A program made the position numbers and the translations under genes. A stretch of 64,000 nt of DNA from the NCBI GenBank assembly GCA_030265395.1, contig JARFYF010000112.1, positions 75,960,747 through 76,024,746 of the forward strand, read 5' to 3'. The stretch is from Rhina ancylostomus. Taxonomy: Eukaryota. This document shows, in pieces, positions 49,490 to 62,014 of the stretch (positions within the stretch are counted from its first letter, which is position 1; every line of letters starts with the position of its first letter). The notes below the pieces were generated by a model, which saw only the letters and a list, made by a program, of their open reading frames with translations, was not told the origin of the DNA and did not search any database.

Positions 49490-50547
49490 TTTTTGGAGTT
49501 GAAGCTATCATACTATATGACTCTCAATACCTACCTTACAGTAAAATCAGTGTACACAGCTTCCCAAGATGTTATCAATATTCTTTTCAATCATTAGCTG
49601 TACTGGAGGATTATTTTTGTTAAATTTCTTGTTTGTTAATGAAAATATTCTCTCAGTTTAGCTGTCAAAAGGATACTGACAGTAGCTTTTCATCAAATGA
49701 ATTTGAAAAACAAGAGAAGAAATGCCTGAAGTTCACTCAGGTGATCTGTATATTTATAGACTTGAAAATCAAAATCCTGTCTGAATGGGAGAAAATGAGA
49801 AAACAATACTTCCTTATTGGATACCTGTCATATCACTTCTTATTTCATGTGCCATAAACTTAAAAAAGTACACAGTGGAGGAGGTGAAAGATAGAGGTGG
49901 TCATGAGAGCCAGATTTACTGGAATTCACTGCCAGTGGGGGTGGTGAAAATGGAACCAGTCGGTGCTTTCAGGAGGAACTGAATAGGTACATGAGACAGA
50001 GCAGGTAGGCAGAAAAGATGTAAATGTTATGTAATTGAAATGGAATGGAAAAGACAAAACTTGGAAGAGTGATAGATGGTGAGGAGGATAGTGATGGATC
50101 CAGAGGGTTTAGACAGGCTGATGCAATGGCAGATGAAACACAGAGATACATAAAAAGATATGCTTTACAGAGAAGAAAAGTTATGAATAGCTATACAATA
50201 CAAAGGGCACAATTCTAATGGAGGTGAAGAAACAGAAATACCTCAATTGGCAGGACAAATTTATTAGAAAGCATATGAGACTGAGGCATGGAATACAAAA
50301 ACCACGTTGAGCCTTTATAGATGAAGCTTTGGCAGCACCTATAGTATTGGATCCAATTTTGAACTATAGGGAGAATGTGAAGACCATGAAAGATTGCAGA
50401 GAAGATCTTGTGGAATTGCAGAAGGGATGAGGGATGTCAGTTTTGTGGATGGATTAGAATTAGTTCTCTTCAGAGGGATGTTTTGATAAAAGTGCTCACA
50501 ATCATGAAGCTAAAGTGAATAAAGAGAAACTGTTCTCAATGGCAGAA

Positions 50548-50656
50548 TGTCATGGTTCTGAGTACTGGCTCTCGATTTGGCTCCTTAGATGCCTTGTTGC
50601 ACAGCACATGGATTCCATGCTGGACTGATTGCATAATGACACACACCTGAGCCCCA
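50548..50656 (+). mobile_element. LTR family A 5' end, inserted in a degraded CR1 and truncated by a gap
   Basis: Only a few mismatches to 49153-49261. Confidence 0.75.
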
Positions 50657-51179
50657 NNNNNNNNNNNNNNNNNNNNNNNNNNNNNNNNNNNNNNNNNNNN
50701 NNNNNNNNNNNNNNNNNNNNNNNNNNNNNNNNNNNNNNNNNNNNNNNNNNNNNNNNNNNNNNNNNNNNNNNNNNNNNNNNNNNNNNNNNNNNNNNNNNNN
50801 NNNNNNNNNNNNNNNNNNNNNNNNNNNNNNNNNNNNNNNNNNNNNNNNNNNNNNNNNNNNNNNNNNNNNNNNNNNNNNNNNNNNNNNNNNNNNNNNNNNN
50901 NNNNNNNNNNNNNNNNNNNNNNNNNNNNNNNNNNNNNNNNNNNNNNNNNNNNNNNNNNNNNNNNNNNNNNNNNNNNNNNNNNNNNNNNNNNNNNNNNNNN
51001 NNNNNNNNNNNNNNNNNNNNNNNNNNNNNNNNNNNNNNNNNNNNNNNNNNNNNNNNNNNNNNNNNNNNNNNNNNNNNNNNNNNNNNNNNNNNNNNNNNNN
51101 NNNNNNNNNNNNNNNNNNNNNNGGCCTGGGGGGGGGGGCCTGTTACCGTGCTGTATAAATAAAGTGTAAAAGTTTAAAA

Positions 51180-51810
51180 AGATGGCTAAGAAGGTATATG
51201 CCACTTACACCTTTATTGGCTAAGGTACAGAATAGAACAGCAGAGAAATCTTGTTAGAAATGTTTAAAACACAAGTTGGGTCACGGCTAAAGTACTGTAT
51301 ACTGTTATGGCCAACACACCACAGGAAGGATATGACAGACAGAGCACAAAAAGAGATTTATATAAGTAGTTGCCATGGCTGGCAAATTATAGATACGTGG
51401 AAAGATTGCCGAGGTTGATTTATTTCTATAAAAGGAAGCTGGTGGGAGATTTAATGGAGATACACAAAATTTGGAGAATTTGGGTTAAGATGAACAGAAA
51501 GGACATATTTTCCACAGTTTAAGTTCAATAACTGGGGAGACACAGATTTAAGGTAGTTGGTGAAAACATTAGAGAGAATTGAGAAATTATTTTTCAACAG
51601 AATAATGGTGGGAATCTCAGTACTGGAAAGGGTGGTGGAAGAAGAAACCATCAACACATTTAAATGTACATGGAGGAGTACTTGTAGTGATATAGCGTTC
51701 AAGGTTAGGGACTAAGAACCAGCAAGGTGGTTAGTAAAATAGTTATTCTTTGGCCACCATGTACATAATGGGCCAAATAGCCTCCATCTGTACTGTAAAT
51801 TTCTGTGATT
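51180..51810 (+). mobile_element. Degraded CR1 LINE 3' fragment
   Basis: AAGAAGGTATATG..AGTACTGTATACTGTTATGG..GGAGATTTAATGGAGATACACAAAAT..GGGCCAAATAGCCTCCATCTGTACTGTA. Confidence 0.7.
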
Positions 51811-52309
51811 CAGTAATTTAAGAATTCTGCAGTACCAGGTCTCTGTGAATGCAGTTTTGACATACAGAAAAAAATAAAGCAAGTCCCAATGATAACATGA
51901 TTCATTTTGCAAACCTCTTTGCTTGCCAGTTGTAGTATTGGTTTGAATCCATTATAGTTTAAGTGTTGACACAAAGTGCTTATCACAACTCATTGATGGA
52001 AGAATTGGAGTCAGGTTTGGTGAGTTAACTCCAGCAGTAATGCAAATATCTTGAGATAACCTGGAGGAACCTACCATTTTCATGAATTACACAATATGCA
52101 CGGTAAACATGCAGCTGAAATTAGATTTGAAGAGTGTTTAGGTAATCAGCTGAATGTTTTTGCACTCTTTGTAAACTTACCATGGATACTTTAGAGTGTG
52201 ATTAAAAAAGTAGAGATTGCCACATGCATTCTCAATATGAAAACAGTTCCAGACTAGGGAAAAGATGTACACACATCTTTTCCGGTAGGCCAAACACAAT
52301 CTATGGAAG

Positions 52310-52665
52310 ACTAAGGAACAACCTACTGGGGAGCTCCATGGGTTGAGCAGCATCTGTGGGGGGGGAAAAGGAATTGCTGAGGTTTTGGGTCAAAACCTTG
52401 CATCAGGACTCTGCTACTGAAGACTAACTTGGTTTCTCTCTTTTCCATTTCTGACGAAAGATCTCAGACCNNNNNNNNNNNNNNNNNNNNNNNNNNNNNN
52501 NNNNNNNNNNNNNNNNNNNNNNNNNNNNNNNNNNNNNNNNNNNNNNNNNNNNNNNNNNNNNNNNNNNNNNTGACGAAAGATCTCAGACCTGAAACGTGAA
52601 CACTGTTTCTCTTTCCACAGATGCAGCCTGACATGCTGAGCGTTTCTAGCAATTTCTGTTTTTTT
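52310..52665. mobile_element. Divergently oriented pair of Penelope-related repeats with hammerhead-like cores
   Basis: Minus-strand AGTC-CTGATGC.. at ~52385-52410 and plus-strand CTGACGA-AAGATCTCAGACCT-GAAACGTG (52451, repeated at 52571 across the gap). Confidence 0.7.
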
Positions 52666-54214
52666 ATACAATTTGTACCTTGCAGTATAACTAGAGCCAG
52701 CTATGTTTTGAAGGTTTACTCTTGTGTTGATTATGGATTTGAACACACTTCCTAGCATTGCCCTCCTTCATTCACATTTCCACCTCGTACCTTGCACCAC
52801 ACAAGCAGATTAGAATGGTTCACCATTGATGGAATGAGATGAGCTGGAATTACCCAATCTCCAAATGCAATTAATGGTAGAAAATCTGCAGCTGCACTTC
52901 TATCAAATGAAAGCGAACTCACGCCAATGATCCAAGTTGAACAGCTACCAAAACATCGCTAAAGCTCTGTCAAAGTAATAAACCCAAAGGTTAAGCCAGA
53001 TCTTTGTTTATCAAGCGTGCTATTTTGGGGGGAGGGGGTTGTGGGTAGTGAAGACCACACCAAGATGTTGTTTATTTTAAGAAATTCCTGAAATTGTCTG
53101 ATGTTTCTATGTTTGGGCTGTAGACATTAATGTTTTAAAAGATGTTTAGATAACTTAAAAGGATATTTGTAATGTGCTAGCCAGGAAAAGTGACAAGAGT
53201 AGAACAAAGCATTTATGAAATTGCAAATAGCCGAGCGTTGACAAACACCAGTATTTTTGCAAAATTCTTTAAACATCATACATTTAGTTTTATGTAATTT
53301 AGAGATTATCTTTGAGTTGAAGCAATGGCTATTCAGTAATTATAGGAAGATCTGTTTTGACATTAATTACATAGCCTCTGGGGGAAACCGTAATTAGGCC
53401 GATCATTACTTTCTGCTGCTTGTGAAAGNNNNNNNNNNNNNNNNNNTGAACAGCCAGAGCCAAGGAATGCACACTGTATGAAACGAGGTGGAAGCTGAAT
53501 TTGATTTGTACTGGTTGAAGGCTTAATCGTATTGTGGATTTATTATCAAAGTGACATACTTACGGTCAACCCCTTGTAAATTCAATTCCTGTAAATGCAT
53601 GGAGCAGGTCTGGGTGGAAATAAGTTGAAGAGTTGAAGAACAAAAAATCACTTTTAATCCTATATACAATAACAAAGAGTAACATTCATTTAGTTGGATA
53701 TGAGATGATCTTTACTGGAATGAACAATGCTTTTCTTTCTGTAAGTGGCATTAGAAATGACAAAATTCTTAAGCAACGAGACTGCAGCGCCCGGACTCAT
53801 TTGGGTAAGTCCTATAATGATGAGATTGGCTTTTGTCATATAATGAAGGTATTTGAGATCGGATGATTCCTAATGGTATCATAGTTTTCTGTATCTACCT
53901 AATGATTAGTTTTAAAAAGACCTAGGAATTGTTCAGTTGTTCCCACCATAGGAACAATAATTTGGAAATGTTGCCACCATGAATGAAGTGTGAGTTTCAT
54001 GCATAACATTTGCACCAATATGTATTCCAGTGTAAAATTATGAAGAAATAATAACATTTATAAGCTCGCCAAATATAAATGTTGGAGATCATTTTGAAAG
54101 AAGATGCCGAAGAGTTGTGATCCCAAAGCTTTCATCCATTTTTGGAAATGTTCCTTGTAGGATTGCAGTTTCGGTTTGTCAGCTATTATTCCACTACATT
54201 TATTTATTTTGTTT

Positions 54215-54625
54215 GTCTCTGTTATGGCTCAGTGGTGGGACTTTCACCTCCGAGTCAGAAGGCTGTGGACTCAAGTCTCAGCTCAGAGGCTTGAGCACAA
54301 AAATCTAGGCATACATTCCAGTGCAGTACTAAGAGGTATCTATAATCTTTCAATTGAGGACCAGGTTACCCTCACAAAAGGATGCAGAAGATCCCATAGT
54401 ATGGTTTTGAAGAAGAATAAAGGAAGTATCCACAGTGTCTTGGCCAATATTCATCTCTCTACCAAATTCACTAAAACTAATTTTCTAGTCTCTGTCACAA
54501 TGTTGTTCCGAGAAAACTTGTTATGGGTTGGGTTTCCAACATCACAACAGTAATTACACTTCAACAATACTTCATTTGCCTTATAGTGTTTTGGTACATG
54601 TTGAAATTGTGAAGGGTGTTTAAGT
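54215..54625 (+). mobile_element. Near full-length DeuSINE (SacSINE1-like)
   Basis: tRNA head TGGCTCAGTGGT..GAGTCAGAAGGCTGTGGACTCAAGTC and Deu domain AGATCCCAT..GAAGAAGA..GTGTCTTGGCCAATATT..ACAACAGTAATTACACTTCAA. Confidence 0.8.
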
Positions 54626-55629
54626 ATTTTTATTCAACAGCTTTAAATTTGTGTTGTAAATGAACCTTATATCAAAGAAACAAATTTATTTATTGAGAAG
54701 CTGTGTTTTGCAGATTAGGATTACCTCAGGTTTGATTCCCCAACTGTTAGTTTCTTAACCTACCATTTTCGAGTGGTTGCAAGTAGGTACCATCTACACA
54801 ATCCTCAAAGGTGCCCACACGCAATATTATATGAACCACGTACATTACAATGATATAACATTTAATTCTGTGGCTACAAATCTTCAGTATGTAGGGTGAA
54901 AATGAGTGGAAAAGGTATCCATTCCTAGGTGCAATGTTCCACATCCGTAGGATGCCTGAAAGGTCTCCAACTCCATGTTAGATTTGGTGCCGTCAATTTA
55001 GAAGTACACTGTATGCATGCTGTTTACAATGAAGCTGGATGTTGTGAACATAATCAAAAGGAAGGCACAGTTAACTCCATAAGAAGAAGGTGCAAAAAAT
55101 CTATTTTTAAGTTGAGGGAATGGTCTGTAATATGGAATTCTCTGTCGGGATGAGCGAGCCAGTATTTTGGTTAAAAAAGACAATAATTATACTCTGAGAG
55201 GAAGTTTATATTTTAATGGAAGGACAAGGTGATTTTTGGATACTGTTGCTCATGACTTTAAAAACAGAAACTAAAGTGTAGGAAAAAGAGAATAGAATAG
55301 ACCAGACAAAAATTATAGATTCCATCTCAATAACTTAAATGGCAATGTCATGGTGAGCTTTTTATGTTGATAAGGTCTCAGTTGGAATAATTTGTGTTGC
55401 ACCAGTCTGTAAAGTACTGGAAGAATATTGGGTAAAAGGATGCAAATGTTTACAATCATGATAGGATGGATTAGGGGTATTTAAGACAAAGTGATGATTT
55501 AAGATAAAGAAAACTTAACAGTTGAAGAATTGGAAACAAACTTCAGAGACAAAGTAAACTTTAATTTGGAAAAACAGTTTAATCAAGGAGAAATATTAAA
55601 AGAGATTCATGTCTGACATGTCCAATGAG

Positions 55630-56450
55630 ATAACAGAAAAGGTTGAAAAGGATCATGTAGTAGATTTTATAGACTTTTGGAAGACATTCAACAAAACAGT
55701 ACACGAGACTGACTGGGATGATTGCAGCTCCTAGAATAAGGAAGAAAGTTATGCCACAGTTGCAAAATTGGCTACGGTAGGATGCAAAGGGGAGTGGAGG
55801 ATGTCAGTCAGATTGGAAGGTGATTTGCTAAGATGTTCCCCACAGCCAGTATTGTGTCCAGTTTGCTTTGCAATTTTTATTCATGATCTAGACTTGGGTG
55901 CAGAAAGCAGCACATAGTGGAAATTTGGCAAAGTGTTAGAATGAGGATAGCTACACCCTAGGATGACATAGACAGAATGGTAAAATGGGTAGAAATAAGA
56001 GTTTAATGTAGTAATACACACAAAATATTCTATAAAAGGTACGGTTTTGGAAAGTGTAAATGAATAGAGAAATCTTAATGTCCATAATTACAAATACTTG
56101 AAGATGGTGGAGCAAATTGATGAGTGAGTTAAAAAGCAAATGGCTGCCTGTATTATAAATCAAGAAAGAATACATAAAATTCTCAATGATAACTTTACTG
56201 TTATAAAGCTCTGCTTAGGCCTCATCAGGGGTATTGTGTAAAATTCATGGCTCCGTACATTGAGAGAAATGTAGAAGCTTTAGAAAGGCTCACTTCATAT
56301 AAACTTAACTTATATGAAGAGATTGTAAAGTCACAATGGGAGTGAAGAAGGATAAAAAAACAGTTTCAAGATGATGAGATAATTTGATAAGAGTTCTTGA
56401 GAAAAGTTATTTCCTTTGGCATGTGGGTTAATAATTGATGGTCATTGCTT
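55630..56450 (+). mobile_element. Highly degraded CR1 RT fragment
   Basis: TAGACTTTTGGAAGACATTCAACAA (DFxKAFD-like), GTTCCCCACAG, TTTATTCATGATCTAGAC, CTGCTTAGGCCTCA. Confidence 0.6.
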
Positions 56451-58649
56451 AGAAATTCAGTTTGTTGCATTTTCTATAGTGGAAAGTATATGCCTTACTT
56501 CAGAGGCCAACTCTTCTTGTTGGCTGTGCCCAACAGTTGAGGACCTTGGCCTGAGAGTCATATCAGCAGATAGTTGGTAAGATGGTGTAAGACTGGAAAG
56601 TTGGCCTGGGATTCAGATGTGGAAGGTAAGTAGTGGAAAATTGGGGCCTTTGGTTCTGGGTTAGGTGGTCGGGTATTGGGAAAGATGCCCCCACCACCAG
56701 AGGGTGTCAGAGGATGGGCAGGCTTGCAACATCAGGTGATTGGGAGTATGGAAACATTGCGGGATCTGGGATTTCCTGGAGCCTTAGAGGATTGGGAGAC
56801 TTAAAAATTGGGGCCAGGGGATTAGGGCCTGAGCCTTAGGGGATCAGTTGCATAATAGGAAGGGTGGAAGGAGGTGGTTGGGGCTATACGGTGGGCCAAA
56901 ATATTCATTGATAAGTTTGGGAGTTAATCTGAGTCCAAATATTGTGTGGTGATATTTAAACCTACAGTCCTGGGATCACATAATGTTGATCACGCTGGTA
57001 CAATGTGATCTAACTTCCCCTGCATTTCTTCAAAAAGAGCCTTTTGCGGAATATGAGATCACCCTTTGTGCTACTGATGTGAAAACTGGATCAGGCATGC
57101 AAAAGTTCAGTGCTCTGGGAAGTTCCTGGTTGAATTTCCTGAGTGTTACAAAATAACACTCTGGGTAAGGCCAATTTCTGGATGTATAACATCAGAACAT
57201 AACAGTGTTACATAATTGAATTTCTTTGCCCAGAGATTTAACATTAAATGTAAATGACCTAGAATGATGAAAATAAATTATTTTACTTGAAGAATTGTGT
57301 AGATTTGAAATTCTGTACTGAAAATTAAATAATTTTGGAAGTGATTTTGGCAGGTGACAATACAACCCAGGGATCCTGAATTACATGCAATTTTTCTTCC
57401 AAAGAGCCGTGCAGGCAAGATGAACCAAAGGGCCTTCTGTGTTAAAAGTTTCTATTCTTTCTAAGACAGATTGAAGGGCACTCAGGGAATGAAGAAATAT
57501 AAGCGAGCTCAGAGTGAGCTGGCATATTGATGTGGAGATTTAGCCATGGTCTTATTGCATTAGGTTCCATGCTTCCAGAGCTACTTAGGCGCATGAGCAC
57601 ATGCGTGTGTGTGTGTACATGTCTCTGAGTTTGTGTGTGTTTGTGTGTGCATGAGAGTTGGGGGGGATTATGGTGGGTCTTCATCATAACGGTGCAAGGG
57701 TATACACAAAATGGGGGCTGAATGGTGTGAATAGTCTGTAACTACAAAGTATTTCCATGTTTGATTGAATTATTTTCTAACAATAGAGGAAAACACATCA
57801 CATACTGATATTCTAGTATTGAACTGCCCTTTCCATGTTTGTACAGTAAATTCCAGGGCAATGCCTGTGATAGGCTGTTACTTCTTCACCCTTTGTTGTT
57901 TGACTAGTACATTCCAGAGAACCCATGCAATACACTGATATTTATTAAAGTTCATTGATTGAACTAAATATTCTAAGGGTATAGTAGAAAACATTGACCT
58001 TCCCGGACTCTATGTTTGCATAAAGAGTACAATTGAAGAAAATATTGATCTTCCTCAGCCATTTAATGTTATGGCTAGCATGCAGACTTTGTAAAGGTTA
58101 AGTGAACAGTATTGCCTATTTGTGTGTGATGCAATCATTTTGCTAGACAATTTGGTTTTCTGTTGGCAATAATAATAAATTTTAAAGCAGATGGATCCAT
58201 ACTTGTAGTGGTACCGTAATCCAATAATTAGATCTTCAGACTTTGTTAAATCACTTGAGCTTGATCCTTTACTGTTTAATTTCATATCTTTGAATTAAAT
58301 TATGTCCTATAATTTATTCTATGCTATTAATATCATTCTCTCATTGCTGTTAGCACCACTGTATTTCATCTACTCGTATGACACTGACTGTGAACTTCTC
58401 CCTCAAAATTGTTAACGCCAAGTACAAGGAATTCCACATAGAAGGGAAGATTAAGAAATTTAGATATAGTTTACAATGAAAGGAAATGTTGAGATGGGCT
58501 GTAGAGCTTGTTCTGTACTGTATGTCTTCATGACTCTCTGACTGTTTGTAATCATAGTGTTATATTAGATGCTGAATTGAGTTTTAGACCTTATATCCAT
58601 CCTATCTATTGTCACTTCTGTAATGACTTCCAACTCCACTTCATCTTTT

Positions 58650-59190
58650 GCTAAAACCCATGCTCATGCCATTTCTTCTGGAGTTGGCTATCCCACCTGT
58701 CTAGATGCCCTTGTCTGTTCTCCATAAGTCTGAAGCCATCCAAAGCTCTGCCTTTGTTGAGTGAAGTCCATTCACCTATCACCCACTGCTGGTCACCCAC
58801 ATTGGTTCCAAATTTTAAAAAATGACTTATTTTTAAACTCTCATCCTTATTTGCAAGTCTCTCTGTAGTCTCATCCCTGGCTGTCTTTGTCATCTCTTCT
58901 TGAGATGTGAACATAAGAGGAGTTCCTTGAGCATCCTGTTTATAATTGCTTCACCATTAGTGGCTGTAACTTCCGCTGCCCAAAGACTTAAACTCTGGAA
59001 TTCCTTCCCTAAACTTCTCTGCCTCACTGTCTGTCATTTCTTCTGAAAGACACTCCTTAAAACCAGCTTCTTTGACCAAGCTTTTCGTCTTCTGTCAATA
59101 GACCTCCTTATGTGTCTTAGTGTCAATTTCTTTTCTGATAACACTCCTATGTTAAAGGTGTAATACGAATGGAAGTTGCTGTTGTTGCTG
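58650..59190 (+). mobile_element. L2-type LINE 3' end
   Basis: CCTATCACCC..CATTGGTTCC (HWL-like), CTCTGGAATTCCTTCCCT (LWNSLP), CTCCTTAAAACCAGCTTCTTTGACCAAGCTTTT. Confidence 0.7.
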
Positions 59191-61469
59191 CCTTTCATTT
59201 GACTTAATATGCTCCTATGTTTGGATAATCATTTCAGATTTCCATTGCATTTTTGACAATGATTGGCCAGATTCATCTGTGGGCCCGGTGGTTGATTGAT
59301 TGACAAAGACCACTGAATTTAAAGGAGAGAAGCTTGAAAGGGAAGCATCGGCATTTGAAGCTGAGCTGAAAGTCATTTGTGCCAGGAGATCCGACAGATG
59401 AAAAGCTTCCACTTTTCTTGAAATGAAGATGTAATCTCTTTGGAAGTAATTAGAAAATTTTCAGCTGGTATTTTGGCTCCTGGGAAAGAGCACACTTCAA
59501 GAAGGTGCCTGAAACTTTGGGTGTCATCTCTACCTCCTAGGTGATCAGGAGGAAGAAAGGTCCAGGGAAGAGGATGATGGGATATCTGAATGGAAGGTGG
59601 CTAGTTTGTGGGACACTAACATTGAAAGCTCTGTTCTTGAATAAAGCGTGCTAGTGGGGTTTCAAACTAATATGCAGGATCCCCCAAAATATCTCCCTGC
59701 ATACAGTATGTTGCATCTATCTTGGTTGTGAGGAGAGTTCATCACCTGCCTGCATACTATAAACTTGGCAAGTCTAGCAACCTAAAGAAGATCTGCAGAG
59801 TGCAGCTCACATGAGGTCCATTTGACCACAAGATTGAGAAGAAGCAAAGACAAACAATTTTCAGCTCTGAGACAATTTGTCTCGTCTTCCAATGATCCCT
59901 GGCCAACTGAAGATTGACTTCAGTATCAATGGCCTAGCAGGCAGCAGTTAATAGCTCTTGGCTTTCTCTTGGGAATCCTGGCCCATTGAGTCTGCATCAG
60001 GTTTCCCATTGGCCTGAACACATGCTTCTCAACAACAATGCCAGGGCGGCTTGGAATCTGACTCCATGGTGCAACGTGGAAGTGATTCTCCTTGGGGACT
60101 ACATGTTCCATGAGGCTCATGTAGGTATACGGTACAATTCTTATCTGCTTCCAGATCCTACCCAAGCTTGCTATTGATTAGTTATTTTCAGGACAAACAG
60201 GGATTGAATACCTTGGCCAGAATAACTGCATTTATACATGCTGGATTCCAATTGGGTGACCTATCTCTGCTTCATTGTAGCTACTGGACAGCAGTCATCA
60301 ATGTTTATTTGAATTTTCTTGTCATTAGCTGATTGGATAGCTATTATTCATGACCCCAAGGACATTAAGCCAATTGAAATGTATGCTGAAGCCAAACTAC
60401 CAAAAGTAAAATAAATCAGTGCAGAATTGGGTTGAGTCTGATTTTCCACAATGCATTCTGATTGTTGCAGCTGTGCTAGAATTATCAGCACAGTATTTTC
60501 CAGTGCAACGTTGAAGAAAATTAATCTTCCATGATCCAGCTGACAGTCTAATATGCTTTTTTAACGAGAGACATTGCAATACATTTTCTTTGTCTGATCT
60601 ACAAAACCATAAAAAACCTGACTTAATTTCATTTGACATTGCTTATTCATATTAAACATCTGAATGAACTGAATACACCATTTCTTCATCAATGCATTGT
60701 GATTTTGTGAAGAGCACTGATGTTCAAAAAATATGATCAGACAGGCTTTTAAAATTCTAAAAGAAGTAGTTCATGGTGCATTCAGTATCAAAAAGACTTC
60801 TCCTTCTCAGCTGTTGGGTCTGAGCTTGATTTACAGTACATTTAGTACTATAAGGACTCACAATCTGCAGTTAATGGCCACTGGAAAAGAAACCTCTCGA
60901 CACAAGTTTTACGTCATACAGGGAGGTGGTCAACAGCTCCAGTGATCAGAACTGGAAGAATAAGCCACATCCTTAACCCTGAAAAATCTGGAAATTCCTG
61001 CTGGGAATTATGATAGACGGCCATTAGGTGAAGGAAGCAAGCAAGCTCACCGCATCTGAAAATTGTTCGATGCCCTCTGGCTAGAACATATGAAAAATGA
61101 TCATTGACAAGTTGATGGAGGGTTTCCATGGAATCCCATAATGATCAGTGTCTGTGGAAGAGGAGCCAAGTGATGTGAGAAAACTATAGAAAAAAAAGAT
61201 ATCTGACGGTTGTGATTAAGGGGGAGAAATAATCCACAGCTTTGTATTGTTTGGATTCATCTCTGAAATGAAGAAAATCTAAACATTGTATTTTGTGATT
61301 GAAAATAAAGCTATGTGTATGCATAAATAGAATTTAAAATTCAGATATATATTCACTGTTTCAGAATCTCAGATTTCTGTGGCAAAATGACAATGAGGTG
61401 GACTGGATGGCTCTTTTCAGAAAGCCACTGGAGCTACCTTATGCCAATAGGTTATAGAGTTATGGAGTC

Positions 61470-61855
61470 GTAAAGACATACAGCAGGGATAAAGGCCCTT
61501 CAGAGTCCATGCTGATCATCAAGTACCCCTTTCCATTAATCCTATACTAATCTCATTTTGTTCTCCCTACATTCCCTTTGACTCCCCCAAGGTACCATCA
61601 CCCACCTGCACAATTACATGGTGAATTACTCTATTAGCCTGCATGCAAGCTGCCACAGGANNNNNNNNNNNNNNNNNNNNNNNNNNNNNNNNNNNNNNNN
61701 NNNNNNNNNNNNNNNNNNNNNNNNNNNNNNNNNNNNNNNNNNNNNNNNNNNNNNNNNNNNGCCACAGGAAAAAAGTGAAAACTCCACACAAACAACACTG
61801 GATTGGTCAGGATTGAACCTGGGTTTCCAGAGCTGCCTTCTGGTCAATGGGTGCT
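61470..61855 (-). mobile_element. tRNA SINE with CR1 tail (gapped)
   Basis: AAACTCCACACAAACAACAC..GGATTGAACCTGGGT and ACAGCAGGGATAAAGGCCCTTC. Confidence 0.7.
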
Positions 61856-62014
61856 GATAAACCCCTCTTCAGGGTGGCATACTTTACAGGAGGAGTCACT
61901 GGATTTTCCTTTCTCCTGTACAGTGGCACTAAAATCAATTGTAATCGAATAAAATCATTTTATATTTATTTCTATTTTGAACTGTTTTCAACACTGCATA
62001 GAGTAGCTGAGAAC

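Noticed and set aside
49153-50656. Complete LTR retrotransposon or TRIM bounded by two LTRs
   Set aside because: The first LTR has its own near-TSD, the interior is CR1 or unique DNA without an evident PBS, PPT or gag-pol, and the second LTR interrupts a CR1.
29911-51204. Long ORFs of 130-220 aa spanning gaps (29911, 30015, 48026, 50536 etc.)
   Set aside because: Their length comes from N runs translated as X.
59926-60177. Overlapping short ORFs in a slightly GC-richer patch
   Set aside because: No recognisable homology or convincing splice signals.
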